A stretch of DNA of 64,000 nucleotides from IMG/VR virus record IMGVR_UViG_3300035180_002250, positions 32,001 through 96,000 of that record; one strand, written 5' to 3'. The notes under the pieces were generated by a model. That model made no database searches, had not been told where the DNA came from, and saw only the letters and a list, made by a program, of their open reading frames with translations. Of this stretch, positions 39,999 through 49,980 are shown in pieces. Source of the DNA: a virus. Within the stretch, counting starts at the first letter, position 1; the number at the start of each line of letters is the position of its first letter. Position numbers and translations under genes: made by a program.

Positions 39999-41222
39999 CT
40001 ATTCAAACAAATCTAAAACCTTCCTTTTTTTAAAATAATTATATAATTTACGGTTAGCTTTCTTTTCAATGGTGAAAACCCAGACCTTGGTAGCCTTGTG
40101 ACCATTTGATTTAAGTATGTCAGCAATCTGCAGCAGCGTTTTCGGAGTTGAATCGTGCAATCCATACCGCAAATTGATTATCAGTTTTTCCTTTTCAGTA
40201 AGGACCGTTGGATTGTTCAAAGCTTCACGTAACATTCGAAGTTTCTCTTTACAGATATAATCGTCATCAACACATTTGGGAGTCAATGCATCCGGAATAT
40301 TTTGTAAAACGATATTATTGGATAGGTTGATATTTGTTGTATAATCGTCATCGATGTCATACGAAGAAGTATCGTCAGACTCATTGTTACTGCTGTTAGG
40401 TGTTCTACGCTGTGCGTAGTAGTATTTGGTACTTTGGGACACTGGTTTTCTTCCACGTTTTTTATGTGCCCTACTGGGTACTGATAACTCTGCTTTTGTT
40501 TTGATTGTATTATGTTTAATATCATCTACACTGATAGCATCTTCATCTTCTACAGTGGATGTTAAAGAATCAGTATAAATAACAGAAGACTCCGGGTCCA
40601 CAAAGTATTCATTTGATTCTAGGCTGTCATCTTCGGTCATTGAATTCTCAAGATCAGCTTTCACATCCTCCCGAAGATGATTCAACCGGAGATAAACCAT
40701 CTTCTTATAGTTGGTTGTGGTGGGAACTCTTATCAGTGATTCAGACCTAAGCGTAGTAGATACAGCCTCCTTGATATACCCCGTAATATACGAAGTAAAC
40801 TTCGTTTCTCGTGAAAGATCGAATTTATCAATAGCTTTGGAAATTGTGATTACAAGATTTTGCAAAGCATCCTCAAAAATATCTCCTTTTTTAAATTTAT
40901 AAGAAGTTAACACATACGGGAATAAGTACCATAAATTAATAATAATACACTGTCGATAAAAGATTCTATCATCTTCCGACAGAGTTGTATTGGTATGATA
41001 TTCTTTCAGCCATTCATGTATCTTGGCTGTCCGCTCCTTGGAATTCTGGAAAAATGGCAAATTGGAGCAAGTAAGATGTCGTGAAATGAGTTTAACAGAA
41101 TCTAACACGGTATAGGATGGAGGCAAATGACTTGAATAACTTTTGGGATCACATGAGGATCGTGCAGCATCTGAATTTGAAGAAAGTGTTGAGGGTGAAT
41201 CAGAAGTACACAGTTGTACCAT
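39999..41222 (-). CDS. Sigma-70-family sigma factor with a long acidic insertion
   Basis: Region 2 FEDALQ...AIDKFD...KFTSY; region 4 LTEKEKLIINLRYGL...TLLQIA...IEKKANRKL; start placed at ATG 41222 because upstream codons derive from the IS end. Confidence 0.82.
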   Translation of the reverse strand: MVQLCTSDSPSTLSSNSDAARSSCDPKSYSSHLPPSYTVLDSVKLISRHLTCSNLPFFQNSKERTAKIHEWLKEYHTNTTLSEDDRIFYRQCIIINLWYLFPYVLTSYKFKKGDIFEDALQNLVITISKAIDKFDLSRETKFTSYITGYIKEAVSTTLRSESLIRVPTTTNYKKMVYLRLNHLREDVKADLENSMTEDDSLESNEYFVDPESSVIYTDSLTSTVEDEDAISVDDIKHNTIKTKAELSVPSRAHKKRGRKPVSQSTKYYYAQRRTPNSSNNESDDTSSYDIDDDYTTNINLSNNIVLQNIPDALTPKCVDDDYICKEKLRMLREALNNPTVLTEKEKLIINLRYGLHDSTPKTLLQIADILKSNGHKATKVWVFTIEKKANRKLYNYFKKRKVLDLFE

Positions 41223-41298
41223 AGGGGCACCTTTCTGAATTAAAGTATTGATTAATTTCGATAGGTTGACACTCCCGACGGCTAAAGCCAGGGGATTC

Positions 41299-42423
41299 TC
41301 AGGCAACACCGGCTATTGTCTGTGTTAGCGCCTGAACCCTCTGCCCGAGGGCTTTAATATTTATAGCAGCATTGAGGTCTCTATCGAGGGTTACACAACA
41401 AGTAGGACAATAGTGAACCCTAACAGATAACGTTTTAGGAACTAATGTACCACACTGTGAGCAATTCTGACTAGTATTGCGTGGGTTAACCTTGATGATC
41501 TGACGACCAGCTTCCTCCGCTTTGTACGTCAGACAATCAAAGAAAGTTCTCCATGCCACATCAGAAATACTCTTGGCAAGGTGTCTGTTTTTCACCATGT
41601 TGCGAATGTTCAAGTCTTCAACATAGATTTCATTATACTTCGCAATATAATAATTGGCTGTTTTATGTGCAAAATCATACCGTTGATTGACTATCTTCTC
41701 GTGTGCTTTTGCTAACAGAATACGAGCTTCTTTCCGATTCTGAGAGCCTTTCTTTTTGCGCGCCAGACTGCGGCTCCTGCGTCGGATAAGCCTAGCACCT
41801 TGTCTAAGAAACCTTGGATTTTCAACGGTATGATCATCTGAGTCTTTGCAAAAATATTTCAGTCCAACGTCGATTCCTACTGCATCAGTAACTTCGGGAA
41901 ACGCACGTGCAGGAACATGATCGCAGGAAAAGCATACGAACCATTTACCAGTAGACATCCTGCGAACAGTCACAGTCTTAATAGAACCATCTATAGGTCT
42001 GGATAGAAACAACTTGAATCTTCCAACCCCTTTCACATAGAGATATCTGCCTTCAATACGCCATCCTGCCTGAGTCAGAGTGAAGGAATCATATCTAGTA
42101 AAAGACTTAAACCGTGGGAATCCAGCTTTGGCATTTCCAGCTTTGACACGTCTAAAGAACCCACGAAATGCCTTATCAAGGCGATTTATCACATCCTGAA
42201 GTACTTGTGCTCCCACAGTTCTATATTCAGGAAAGGCATCTTTTAGAGCTGGCAGCTCTTTCATTTGCTGCCAAGCAGAAAGAGACACTCGGCACCTGCT
42301 GTAGGCATCTATCCTTTGCTCAAGAGCAGCATTGTACAGCCTGCAGCATAAAGACAGCCACTGGTTACAGGCTGCCTCAGTTGATTTCGTGATCTTAGCT
42401 TTGTATTTGTAAGTTCTTCGCAT
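41299..42423 (-). CDS. tnpB: TnpB RNA-guided endonuclease
   Basis: GIDVG, YVEDL, RDLNAAINI, CSQCG...CPTC. Confidence 0.95.
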   Translation of the reverse strand: MRRTYKYKAKITKSTEAACNQWLSLCCRLYNAALEQRIDAYSRCRVSLSAWQQMKELPALKDAFPEYRTVGAQVLQDVINRLDKAFRGFFRRVKAGNAKAGFPRFKSFTRYDSFTLTQAGWRIEGRYLYVKGVGRFKLFLSRPIDGSIKTVTVRRMSTGKWFVCFSCDHVPARAFPEVTDAVGIDVGLKYFCKDSDDHTVENPRFLRQGARLIRRRSRSLARKKKGSQNRKEARILLAKAHEKIVNQRYDFAHKTANYYIAKYNEIYVEDLNIRNMVKNRHLAKSISDVAWRTFFDCLTYKAEEAGRQIIKVNPRNTSQNCSQCGTLVPKTLSVRVHYCPTCCVTLDRDLNAAINIKALGQRVQALTQTIAGVA

Positions 42424-42540
42424 TTATGCGTTCTTGCGTTCTTTTGGGTCTTTCAGTCTGAATTTGGTGTCACCTACAAACACTAAACATTGATATTTGG
42501 TACACCATATTATAGGATATTTATATTCATGACTAATATT
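42424..42540 (-). pseudogene. tnpA: Fragment of IS200 Y1 transposase
   Basis: KYPIIWCTKYQCLVFVGDTKFRLKD resembles the TnpA N-terminus YHIIWCTKYR..VL.G...RLKE. Confidence 0.65.
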
Positions 42541-42681
42541 ATTATTGTATTTATACTCTATTTTGGATTTATGGTCCAGTAAATTAAGTTTTTTGTATTT
42601 CATATAATATTTGATACTAAATGTCAACTTTTTTTCACAGAGTGAAAGAAAGTTTCATGTATCTAATTTAATTGATTTTTT

Positions 42682-42690
42682 TGTTATAAG
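42682..42690 (+). promoter_or_regulatory. TGTTATAAG promoter-like motif
   Basis: Heads the SSB-HU-tRNA-DHH-primase-Pol unit. Confidence 0.65.
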
Positions 42691-42852
42691 AAGAAGATCA
42701 CCTTTTATATACTGGAACTTAGAACCATAAAAATTTAAACACAGCTATAGTTAACTTTTTTTGTAGATAGCGCAGTATTTGAATACTAAAAAGATAAAAG
42801 GTGATAGATAGAGAAGGGCTACATCATAACCAATAAAAAAGGAGAGAACACA

Positions 42853-43797
42853 GTGGTTAAAAACACAGTAAATGCGGAGCAGGCACAAATGCAGGAAACA
42901 CACCAGACAGAGTCTGCCATCACTACCAGGCCGACATTTGCCCCGGAACCAATTATTAAAGGGGTGGTAAACCAGAAAGTATCAGTTACAAGACTGGAGG
43001 ACTTTGGGATCGTCACTTATGGCGATCAAGAAATTAGGTACACCCCTGATATTTACCCGTTAAAAATAGTAGAAATGAATACGAAAAAAATAATAGATAC
43101 TAAAAAGCACCTTGGGGAGTTTTTTGTAGCTAACTTTGGGATGGATGAGACAGAATGGTTTAGTAAAGAGCTTTACGTAGTACCAGCATGTATCCTTAAC
43201 ACCAATAGATATATGCGGTTGGCAGCATATAACCCTAATAGTGATGATAACAAAGCAGATTGCTTCTCATTGGATGGTGAATACCCTGATCCAAGATCAA
43301 TCAACCAATTTGCTACCAATTGTGCGGAGTGTGATTACGGAGATAAAGTATGGAAAAACTACAAAAAAACAGGTGAAAAACCAAAGTGTGTGAAGGGTGT
43401 TAATGTGTTATTTTTTGACTTGGACAGGAAGATTTTTATCAAATTTTATTTCAAGAGCACCTCATTAGGGGTGTGGAACAACATTTATAATAAAATTAAA
43501 AATTTGGTAAAAACGGCATTTATAAAAAGAGCTGAAGTCAGTAACTTTGCTCTAAAGATGACAACAACAGATGAGGGGATTTATCACAAAATAGAGATGG
43601 AGATTGTTAACAATGAAGAGGCAGGAAAATATAAGCCGTTTATTCAATGGTTTGTAATGAATGAACTGCCTATTATTATGACAAAAACAAAGCTGGATGA
43701 AGACTTGAAGGCAGATAATGTACCTCAGGTAACGGCATCTAGTGATTCAGACGGATGGGTTGATGATAAAGCAGGAGCGGCGGACCTTCCATTCTGA
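42853..43797 (+). CDS. Putative ssDNA-binding/annealing protein
   Basis: Acidic C-terminus ending DLPF like SSB tails; C.SLDG..PD...CAEC motif; replication context. Confidence 0.55.
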   Translation: MVKNTVNAEQAQMQETHQTESAITTRPTFAPEPIIKGVVNQKVSVTRLEDFGIVTYGDQEIRYTPDIYPLKIVEMNTKKIIDTKKHLGEFFVANFGMDETEWFSKELYVVPACILNTNRYMRLAAYNPNSDDNKADCFSLDGEYPDPRSINQFATNCAECDYGDKVWKNYKKTGEKPKCVKGVNVLFFDLDRKIFIKFYFKSTSLGVWNNIYNKIKNLVKTAFIKRAEVSNFALKMTTTDEGIYHKIEMEIVNNEEAGKYKPFIQWFVMNELPIIMTKTKLDEDLKADNVPQVTASSDSDGWVDDKAGAADLPF

Positions 43798-43909
43798 TGA
43801 ATCATAGTAGTAGTAAAGTAGTAACAGTAATAGTAGTAAAATCGTGGATAGTTCGAAATAGTTCGAACAAATACTAACAACTGTAGAAAGGTGGAAAGGA
43901 ATTAGAACA

Positions 43910-44194
43910 ATGGCAAACAAAATCGAATTTATCAATGCGCTTAAAACAAGAATTGAGGAACTTGGTCTTGGTATAGAACTGAAGAAAACGGAGTTGGCTA
44001 AAATCGTAGAGACTACGATGAAAACCATCGAGGAATTGACCTTGGCTGAAGGGGATGTTTCAATGTACCCCTACAAATTCAAGAAAAAAGTGCGTGGGGA
44101 AAGGAAAGGTATTAATCCGAAAACAGGTGAATCCATTACGATCCCTGAGAAAATTGGGATCAAGTTCGTAAAGTTCCTTCCAAAAGAAGCATAA
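43910..44194 (+). CDS. HU/IHF-family DNA-binding protein
   Basis: NKIEFI...RKGINPKTGESITIP. Confidence 0.9.
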   Translation: MANKIEFINALKTRIEELGLGIELKKTELAKIVETTMKTIEELTLAEGDVSMYPYKFKKKVRGERKGINPKTGESITIPEKIGIKFVKFLPKEA

Positions 44195-44222
44195 ACAACT
44201 ATAACTGTGTAACACTATGTAC

Positions 44223-44261
44223 AACAGCGTACCTTGGTTCACAGACCTTGGTACGCTGTTT
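44223..44261 (+). terminator. Hairpin upstream of the tRNA
   Basis: AACAGCGTACC...GGTACGCTGTT. Confidence 0.5.
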
Positions 44262-44269
44262 CACACCAT

Positions 44270-44346
44270 GGTCGTGTAGCTTAATTGGTAAAAGCAATCG
44301 CCTTATAAGCGATAGAGCGTTGGTTCAACCCCAACCACGACCACCA
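44270..44346 (+). tRNA. tRNA-Ile(TAT)
   Basis: GGTCGTG/CACGACC acceptor, GCTT/AAGC D-stem, ATCGC-CT-TAT-AA-GCGAT, GTTGG-TTCAACC-CCAAC, encoded CCA. Confidence 0.9.
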
Positions 44347-44408
44347 CCGAGTCTGAAGTCCCCATCCCTCCCTTTTCCATTTTTTTATTCCATAGAAAGG
44401 CTGCTCCC

Positions 44409-45284
44409 ATGTCTACCCACTGTTTTTACCACAAAGCTGACTTTGACGGTTTATGCTCAGGGGCAATAGTAAAATACTATATTCCAGAAACTATATTACA
44501 CCCGTTCGATTATGGGGAAAACTTTCCTATAGATAGTATAAAGGAGAGTGACACAGTATACCTCGTTGATATTAGTGTCTCGGAGGGTATCATGGAGTAT
44601 CTGAATAAAACTGTAAAAGAGTTTTATTACATTGATCACCACATTTCAAAAATGAAATCTTTAAAAAATATGCAGATAAAAGGGTTACAGGAAGATGGCG
44701 TAGCAGCATGTAAATTAGCTTGGAAATGGTTTACAGCCTCATATATAAATATTCCAGTAGCTGTGGAACTTATAAATAATTATGATATCTGGAATCTTTC
44801 TGATGAAGTTTTGGAGTTCCAATATGGACTCAGAGTTCATAAAGATCAATTATCCAATCCTGGAAATAAAATGTGGGAAGAATTATTCTGCATGAATAAA
44901 GATGACGAACTCTACCATAATATCATTAACTCTGGAAAAATCATAAAAACATATGAAAGTGTCAGTGATAAAGGTTTAGTTACCTCAGCAGCATTTAATA
45001 CCGAAATAAATTTAAATGGTAATGGAAAATTTAAAGTACTGGCACTTAATGCGTTGTACAAAGGATCAAAAGTTTTCCAGAATCACCCGTATCATGGGAC
45101 AGTGGATATTTATATGGTGTTCGGGTTCGATGGTATGAAATGGAAAGTAAGTATGTACAGCGATGATAATGGACCAGATGTGTCACAAATTTGTGCCTCT
45201 TTTGGTGGAGGTGGCCATGCACACGCCGCAGGATTTACGTGCCCTACCCTTCCAGAACTAATTCGTCAAGTGTTACCCCTGTAA
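44409..45284 (+). CDS. DHH/DHHA1 phosphoesterase (NrnA-like)
   Basis: YH..DFDG, VDIS, IDHH, GGGGHAHAAGF. Confidence 0.9.
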   Translation: MSTHCFYHKADFDGLCSGAIVKYYIPETILHPFDYGENFPIDSIKESDTVYLVDISVSEGIMEYLNKTVKEFYYIDHHISKMKSLKNMQIKGLQEDGVAACKLAWKWFTASYINIPVAVELINNYDIWNLSDEVLEFQYGLRVHKDQLSNPGNKMWEELFCMNKDDELYHNIINSGKIIKTYESVSDKGLVTSAAFNTEINLNGNGKFKVLALNALYKGSKVFQNHPYHGTVDIYMVFGFDGMKWKVSMYSDDNGPDVSQICASFGGGGHAHAAGFTCPTLPELIRQVLPL

Positions 45285-45320
45285 ACAACAGTAAAAACAT
45301 AGTACAATTGGAGGTACCTC

Positions 45321-46262
45321 ATGGGAGATTTAATACCTGGACTTGAGCAAAACTATAAAATAGTGTCCAATAAGGAATGGATAGAAAAAACATATCCTGA
45401 AATAGTTATTTTGAATAATCAGATTCCAGGTATTCTCCCTTTATCATTTTCCAAGATAATGGCCGGGCTAACATGCCCGGCAAAATTCAAAAACAGATAC
45501 CTTGAAAAAATAAAATTGAGTGATGAAAAACTTCGAATCGTACCACCTACTAAGGTTTCAGGAGTAGCTATAGGTAATTTTCTACATAAGGTAATGGAAT
45601 GCTGCGTTGAAAAATGCAACCTGTACGGGTGGACAAAGGAAATCCTGGATTTTGACCTGGTGTGGACACAAGTAAGTAGATCAGCGGGATTAACATTGGG
45701 GGAGTATAACTTTGTACAAGAGGTCCGAAATGAGACAGAGCAACTAATTAATCAAATTGCCATGCTGAGAAAAAAATTAAACCTGACTTACTACCCGGAA
45801 TGTCGATGTGAGGTGAATACATCCGGAGCAATGTACGGGTCTGTTGTTCGCAATAAAAAATTGCTGACGATGAAAGTGGACTTATTCGGTGTGAATCAAG
45901 AAGATAAATCAGGTATCCTGATTGACTATAAATCTTACGCCAATGGAGCGCATGACGAATCGGAAACGATAAAACAACTTCAGTTCTATGGTGTACACCT
46001 GCTGGACTTCTTCAAAATTAATACAATTAAAATTGGTATTGGGTATATACCCAGTGGAAAATTTGAAAAAATTGGAACAATCCAGCGTGCTGAGGCTTCA
46101 CAATATCACAATATAGTTTCTGAACTATACGCGGATTTTCTGGAGGTAATATACAGTGGTAACTACCCATATAAAGTAAACGAGTACTGTAAATACTGTG
46201 ACCTAATTGAATACTGTCCTGAAATAGACGAAAAAACTATAAAAAAACTGTGCAACAGTTAA
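45321..46262 (+). CDS. PD-(D/E)XK nuclease (RecB/Cas4-like)
   Basis: LSFSK..TCP, GNFLH, KVDL, IDYKS, QLQFY, CKYC..C. Confidence 0.82.
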   Translation: MGDLIPGLEQNYKIVSNKEWIEKTYPEIVILNNQIPGILPLSFSKIMAGLTCPAKFKNRYLEKIKLSDEKLRIVPPTKVSGVAIGNFLHKVMECCVEKCNLYGWTKEILDFDLVWTQVSRSAGLTLGEYNFVQEVRNETEQLINQIAMLRKKLNLTYYPECRCEVNTSGAMYGSVVRNKKLLTMKVDLFGVNQEDKSGILIDYKSYANGAHDESETIKQLQFYGVHLLDFFKINTIKIGIGYIPSGKFEKIGTIQRAEASQYHNIVSELYADFLEVIYSGNYPYKVNEYCKYCDLIEYCPEIDEKTIKKLCNS

Positions 46263-46270
46263 ATAAAAAT

Positions 46271-46330
46271 CCGCTGTTACTTTAATATATTTAAAACTTA
46301 ATAATAATATTAAAGTAGCAGCGGCTTTTT
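46271..46330 (+). terminator. Intrinsic terminator-like hairpin
   Basis: CCGCTGTTACTTTAATAT...ATATTAAAGTAGCAGCGG then a T tract. Confidence 0.6.
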
Positions 46331-46386
46331 ATTTTTTAATTTAATAACTACAATAAATAAAAATAAATTAAGGGAGGCCCCTTTCT

Positions 46387-49300
46387 ATGGGTGGACGTAG
46401 AAAAAAGAGCACAGATGCCTCCACAGGCGTTCTGAAGGGTATATCTGACATCAAGAAGCTATGGAAGTCGATACCCCCTGGAGAATGGTATACACTCCTT
46501 GTGGACATTGCGCCACAGTACAAATGGTCAATGCACGGGCAGACTCAAATAAAAGGTTTATGCCCGTATCACGATGATACTGAACCTTCTTTCTTCCTAT
46601 CCTTCAACAAGTGCATAGGGAAGTGTTTTGGTAGTTGTGAAAAAGTTGTAATCGACTTGGTCAACTTTGTAGCCAAGCTTCGGCAGTGCTCATATACTGA
46701 ATCATTGATGTTCCTGAATTCACGATTCAATCTGAGCATGATACTCGGTGAAAAGATCACTAACAACCTATCAGAATACAACCTTGTTCAGGAGATGAAA
46801 AAAGCCACCGCCATCGCCATGAACAAAGTAATATCCGAGGTTATCCGTGATAACCCTGAATACCTTGGGTATTGCAGACCAGCAATCATGTACTTCGTTA
46901 AGGGGCGTGGCCTGCCGGTGGACACGTTGATCCACCTGCCTATAGGTGTTTTTGCAAAGCCTGAACACTTAAAAAAGTACATTGAAGATGAAAGTCTCCA
47001 TCCAATATTTGATAAATACTTTCAGGAGTACTCCAATCAAGCATACTGGGGGTGCCCTGTATTCTGGTACAACGATTCACCAGGGACAATAAGCCGATTT
47101 AAGATTCGTAAGTTGAACATGGAAGTTGTAGCGAAGATTAAATCAGATTCTCCTAAAGAAGTCTTCCGCAATCTATGTGAAAAAGATTTCGTGTACTTGA
47201 AAGACCAATATACCGAAAGCATGGGTGTATATGGTCTGCATTATTACAGAAGACTGATTGGGCGCAACGATACGAATGTTTATGTAACTGAGGGAGAATT
47301 TGATGCACTAGCAGTGATGGCCGGGCAACTGATGGCTGATAATTTCGATTATATGATTATCAGTACAGGGGGTAAAGGTAGCCCGGACCTTGGGTTTCTT
47401 ACAGAATATGGTATTAAAACCATCTGGGTTGTACCAGATCACCCGGTTAAAAATGGAGACTTCTACACCCGTGGAATCCTGGGGAATAAGAACAACATTG
47501 AAAAAGTACTCAGTAAAAGTCTTAATTTTAAAATATACACATGGCCAGCAGGTATCCAGGGATTTGACCTCGATGAAGCCATCCATCTTAACGGGTATCA
47601 GATTATATCAGATTATATCTTCACCAATAGACTGAGTTATTTTATCAATAGTTTTCCATGGGCGAATCTGAGATGTTCACAAGAACTATCAACTGTAAAA
47701 AGCGAATATGATTATAAAATCGCCATGTTAAACGAGAACTCCGAAACATACGGGGTTGAATATGCTAACTTGGAGGATGACAAAAGGAAAAAGATAAAAG
47801 AAGTCATACTATCTTGGTACAAGTATGTAATTGATAGTACAGATAAACAACTCTTTATCAACGCATACATCAAATCTGAAAATATTGAATTTGATAAGGT
47901 GGACTATGTAAATACAACAATGTACGCCCTGGATACCTACCAGGGTGTAGCCAAAAAGATATATGAAGAAGTTCGAAAGTTCTTTGCACCAGCCTATAAA
48001 AAAGCAAAGACTGGTGCAGGAGAAATTTATTGTTTGTGGGCTAAGAAAGATAGAGTTATAGTTGAAGTAAATGGTACAGAAAAAAACACGTATGAACTGA
48101 TAGCAGGATATGCAGGAATGCCAATCACGGATTGGTTTGATAGTTTATTGGGGGAAAACGAGATTTACCTGAGTGGGGCATCTGGTAAAACGTTGGATGA
48201 CGAGCGTACTAGAAGACGTAATGCCAAAGACATTATGACATACGTATGGGAATTGATGCTCCCGGAAATGAGAAATGTAAAAGACTTGTTCAAGGTTTCC
48301 CAGGGAATACATCATTATCGTCTGCCTGCGGAAGTAAAAAATCAGAACATTATTTACTTTGTAAATGGTAAATACGTGTTCAAAGGACGGTATATTGATA
48401 TTGGTAACATCGAATGGTCGGTAGTAGATAATGCAGTCGATAATAATATTCTATTTGATAAGTTGACCAACGTGGATCAATGGTCTGATGTTACTGATAT
48501 TTCTGTTTTAAACGATGCGCCCCAAGTAGACCTCCGTGAAACGTATTTTAAGATCAGAAGTATCCTTGATCAATGGGAATTCAAATACGACACCATCATC
48601 AAGGATTATCTGGCAGCATATATCATGTCAATACCGATCATGGCTGCCATAGGAGATGTAAACATCACATTCGTAACAGGTGATGCTGAATCGGGGAAAA
48701 CATCTCTAATTTATGGATTGCTTGGAGGGAAGTATAACAATGCTGGCAGTATCCCACCAATACTTGAGGCTGCTTACGCAAGTACAGACTCAACGGCTGC
48801 AGCGATGTACCAAGAGTTCGATTGTAAAACTATACTGTGCGTTCTGGATGAAATCGACCAAAATGAATACCGAAGTAAACAACAGAGTGATCGTATTTCT
48901 GAATTGATGAAGCACATGTACTCCATCCCGATGGGTGGGTGTACTGTAGTACGCGGTGGATCGATACGGGAACTCAGTGAAACTTATTATCTGAATATGC
49001 CCATTATTATGGCAGGTACCACAGTACCTACAGACTCAATTTTCCTGTCCAGAATATTCGTAGTGTACACCAAGAAAGTACCTGGTAAAAAACTCGATTA
49101 CAATATCACGATGAGTGAAATAGTCAAGCTAAGAAGGGATATTACAATCGGGCTGATCCCCTATATTCCTCAACTATTGTTTCTACGTAAAAAGTTATCA
49201 AAGGATTTAATGAAGGCTGGTGGGGACATTGCCACATTGTCCACACGTTTTTTGGAGTGCGTTTTAACACCTCTAACCATTTACGAGTACATTGGAATCG

Positions 49301-49956
49301 GGTCCGCTGAGGAACTGTATAAAGATGTACTCTCTTGTTACAAAGACCGATTGAACTCAATCCATGGGACTGAAACACAGTCCGATTTAATCAATATTTG
49401 TCTATATGCAGAAGGAATTAAAATACTGAATGAGGCTGGTATAACAGATAATGTCTCAGCTAGATCACTGATATTATCTGGTGATGTATCCATATTGAAT
49501 AATTCAAAATGCGGGGTGTACTACCTACCTGAAAAGAGTTGGATAGTTATCGTATGGAGACAGGTAAAATATACCATACTAAAATATTCAAGATTCAATT
49601 GCATCGAAGAAACGTCAATGTTCGAGCTGGCTACCAAAACACCGTTTACCAATAGAGATATAACAGATGAAGATCACAATTACATCATCAGAGAACTGGG
49701 TCTTGCGGACGTAAAAGCCAAGACATCGTATTCCGTTGTAGATGTCAGGTATTTGGTGCGTGGTGACGTTATGTCAAAAGTACCTACTACACAAAAAACA
49801 ACTTCATACGTTACTTGTACCCCTGATAACGAAAACCAACAGAACAAACCAAGCAACGTGAAGGAGTACTACAACGTTATTGTAGAAGACGATAGTTTTA
49901 AAAATAAAAAAGATAATGATGATGATAATGAGGTTATATTTGATTTTGAACTTTAG
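46387..49956 (+). CDS. Primase-helicase (CHC2 zinc finger, TOPRIM, P-loop ATPase)
   Basis: CPYHDDTEPS...CFGSC, VYVTEGEFDAL, GFDLDE, GDAESGKTS, VLDEID. Confidence 0.85.
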   Translation: MGGRRKKSTDASTGVLKGISDIKKLWKSIPPGEWYTLLVDIAPQYKWSMHGQTQIKGLCPYHDDTEPSFFLSFNKCIGKCFGSCEKVVIDLVNFVAKLRQCSYTESLMFLNSRFNLSMILGEKITNNLSEYNLVQEMKKATAIAMNKVISEVIRDNPEYLGYCRPAIMYFVKGRGLPVDTLIHLPIGVFAKPEHLKKYIEDESLHPIFDKYFQEYSNQAYWGCPVFWYNDSPGTISRFKIRKLNMEVVAKIKSDSPKEVFRNLCEKDFVYLKDQYTESMGVYGLHYYRRLIGRNDTNVYVTEGEFDALAVMAGQLMADNFDYMIISTGGKGSPDLGFLTEYGIKTIWVVPDHPVKNGDFYTRGILGNKNNIEKVLSKSLNFKIYTWPAGIQGFDLDEAIHLNGYQIISDYIFTNRLSYFINSFPWANLRCSQELSTVKSEYDYKIAMLNENSETYGVEYANLEDDKRKKIKEVILSWYKYVIDSTDKQLFINAYIKSENIEFDKVDYVNTTMYALDTYQGVAKKIYEEVRKFFAPAYKKAKTGAGEIYCLWAKKDRVIVEVNGTEKNTYELIAGYAGMPITDWFDSLLGENEIYLSGASGKTLDDERTRRRNAKDIMTYVWELMLPEMRNVKDLFKVSQGIHHYRLPAEVKNQNIIYFVNGKYVFKGRYIDIGNIEWSVVDNAVDNNILFDKLTNVDQWSDVTDISVLNDAPQVDLRETYFKIRSILDQWEFKYDTIIKDYLAAYIMSIPIMAAIGDVNITFVTGDAESGKTSLIYGLLGGKYNNAGSIPPILEAAYASTDSTAAAMYQEFDCKTILCVLDEIDQNEYRSKQQSDRISELMKHMYSIPMGGCTVVRGGSIRELSETYYLNMPIIMAGTTVPTDSIFLSRIFVVYTKKVPGKKLDYNITMSEIVKLRRDITIGLIPYIPQLLFLRKKLSKDLMKAGGDIATLSTRFLECVLTPLTIYEYIGIGSAEELYKDVLSCYKDRLNSIHGTETQSDLINICLYAEGIKILNEAGITDNVSARSLILSGDVSILNNSKCGVYYLPEKSWIVIVWRQVKYTILKYSRFNCIEETSMFELATKTPFTNRDITDEDHNYIIRELGLADVKAKTSYSVVDVRYLVRGDVMSKVPTTQKTTSYVTCTPDNENQQNKPSNVKEYYNVIVEDDSFKNKKDNDDDNEVIFDFEL

Positions 49957-49980
49957 TGGAAAAAGAAAAGGACTAACATT

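Larger units (their letters stand above)
41266..42640 (-). mobile_element. Second IS200/IS605 element (tnpB plus tnpA relic)
   Basis: Right end CGGCTAAAGCCAGGGG ending TCAA; left boundary approximate. Confidence 0.8.

Noticed and set aside
41223-41309. N-terminal extension of the sigma factor
   Set aside because: Partly encoded by the IS right end; ATG 41222 has a plausible SD
44248-44469. 73-aa ORF
   Set aside because: Overlaps tRNA-Ile(TAT)
38933-46262. Cas4 genes of a CRISPR-Cas system
   Set aside because: No cas1/cas2 or array; stand-alone PD-(D/E)XK nucleases are common in phage replication modules
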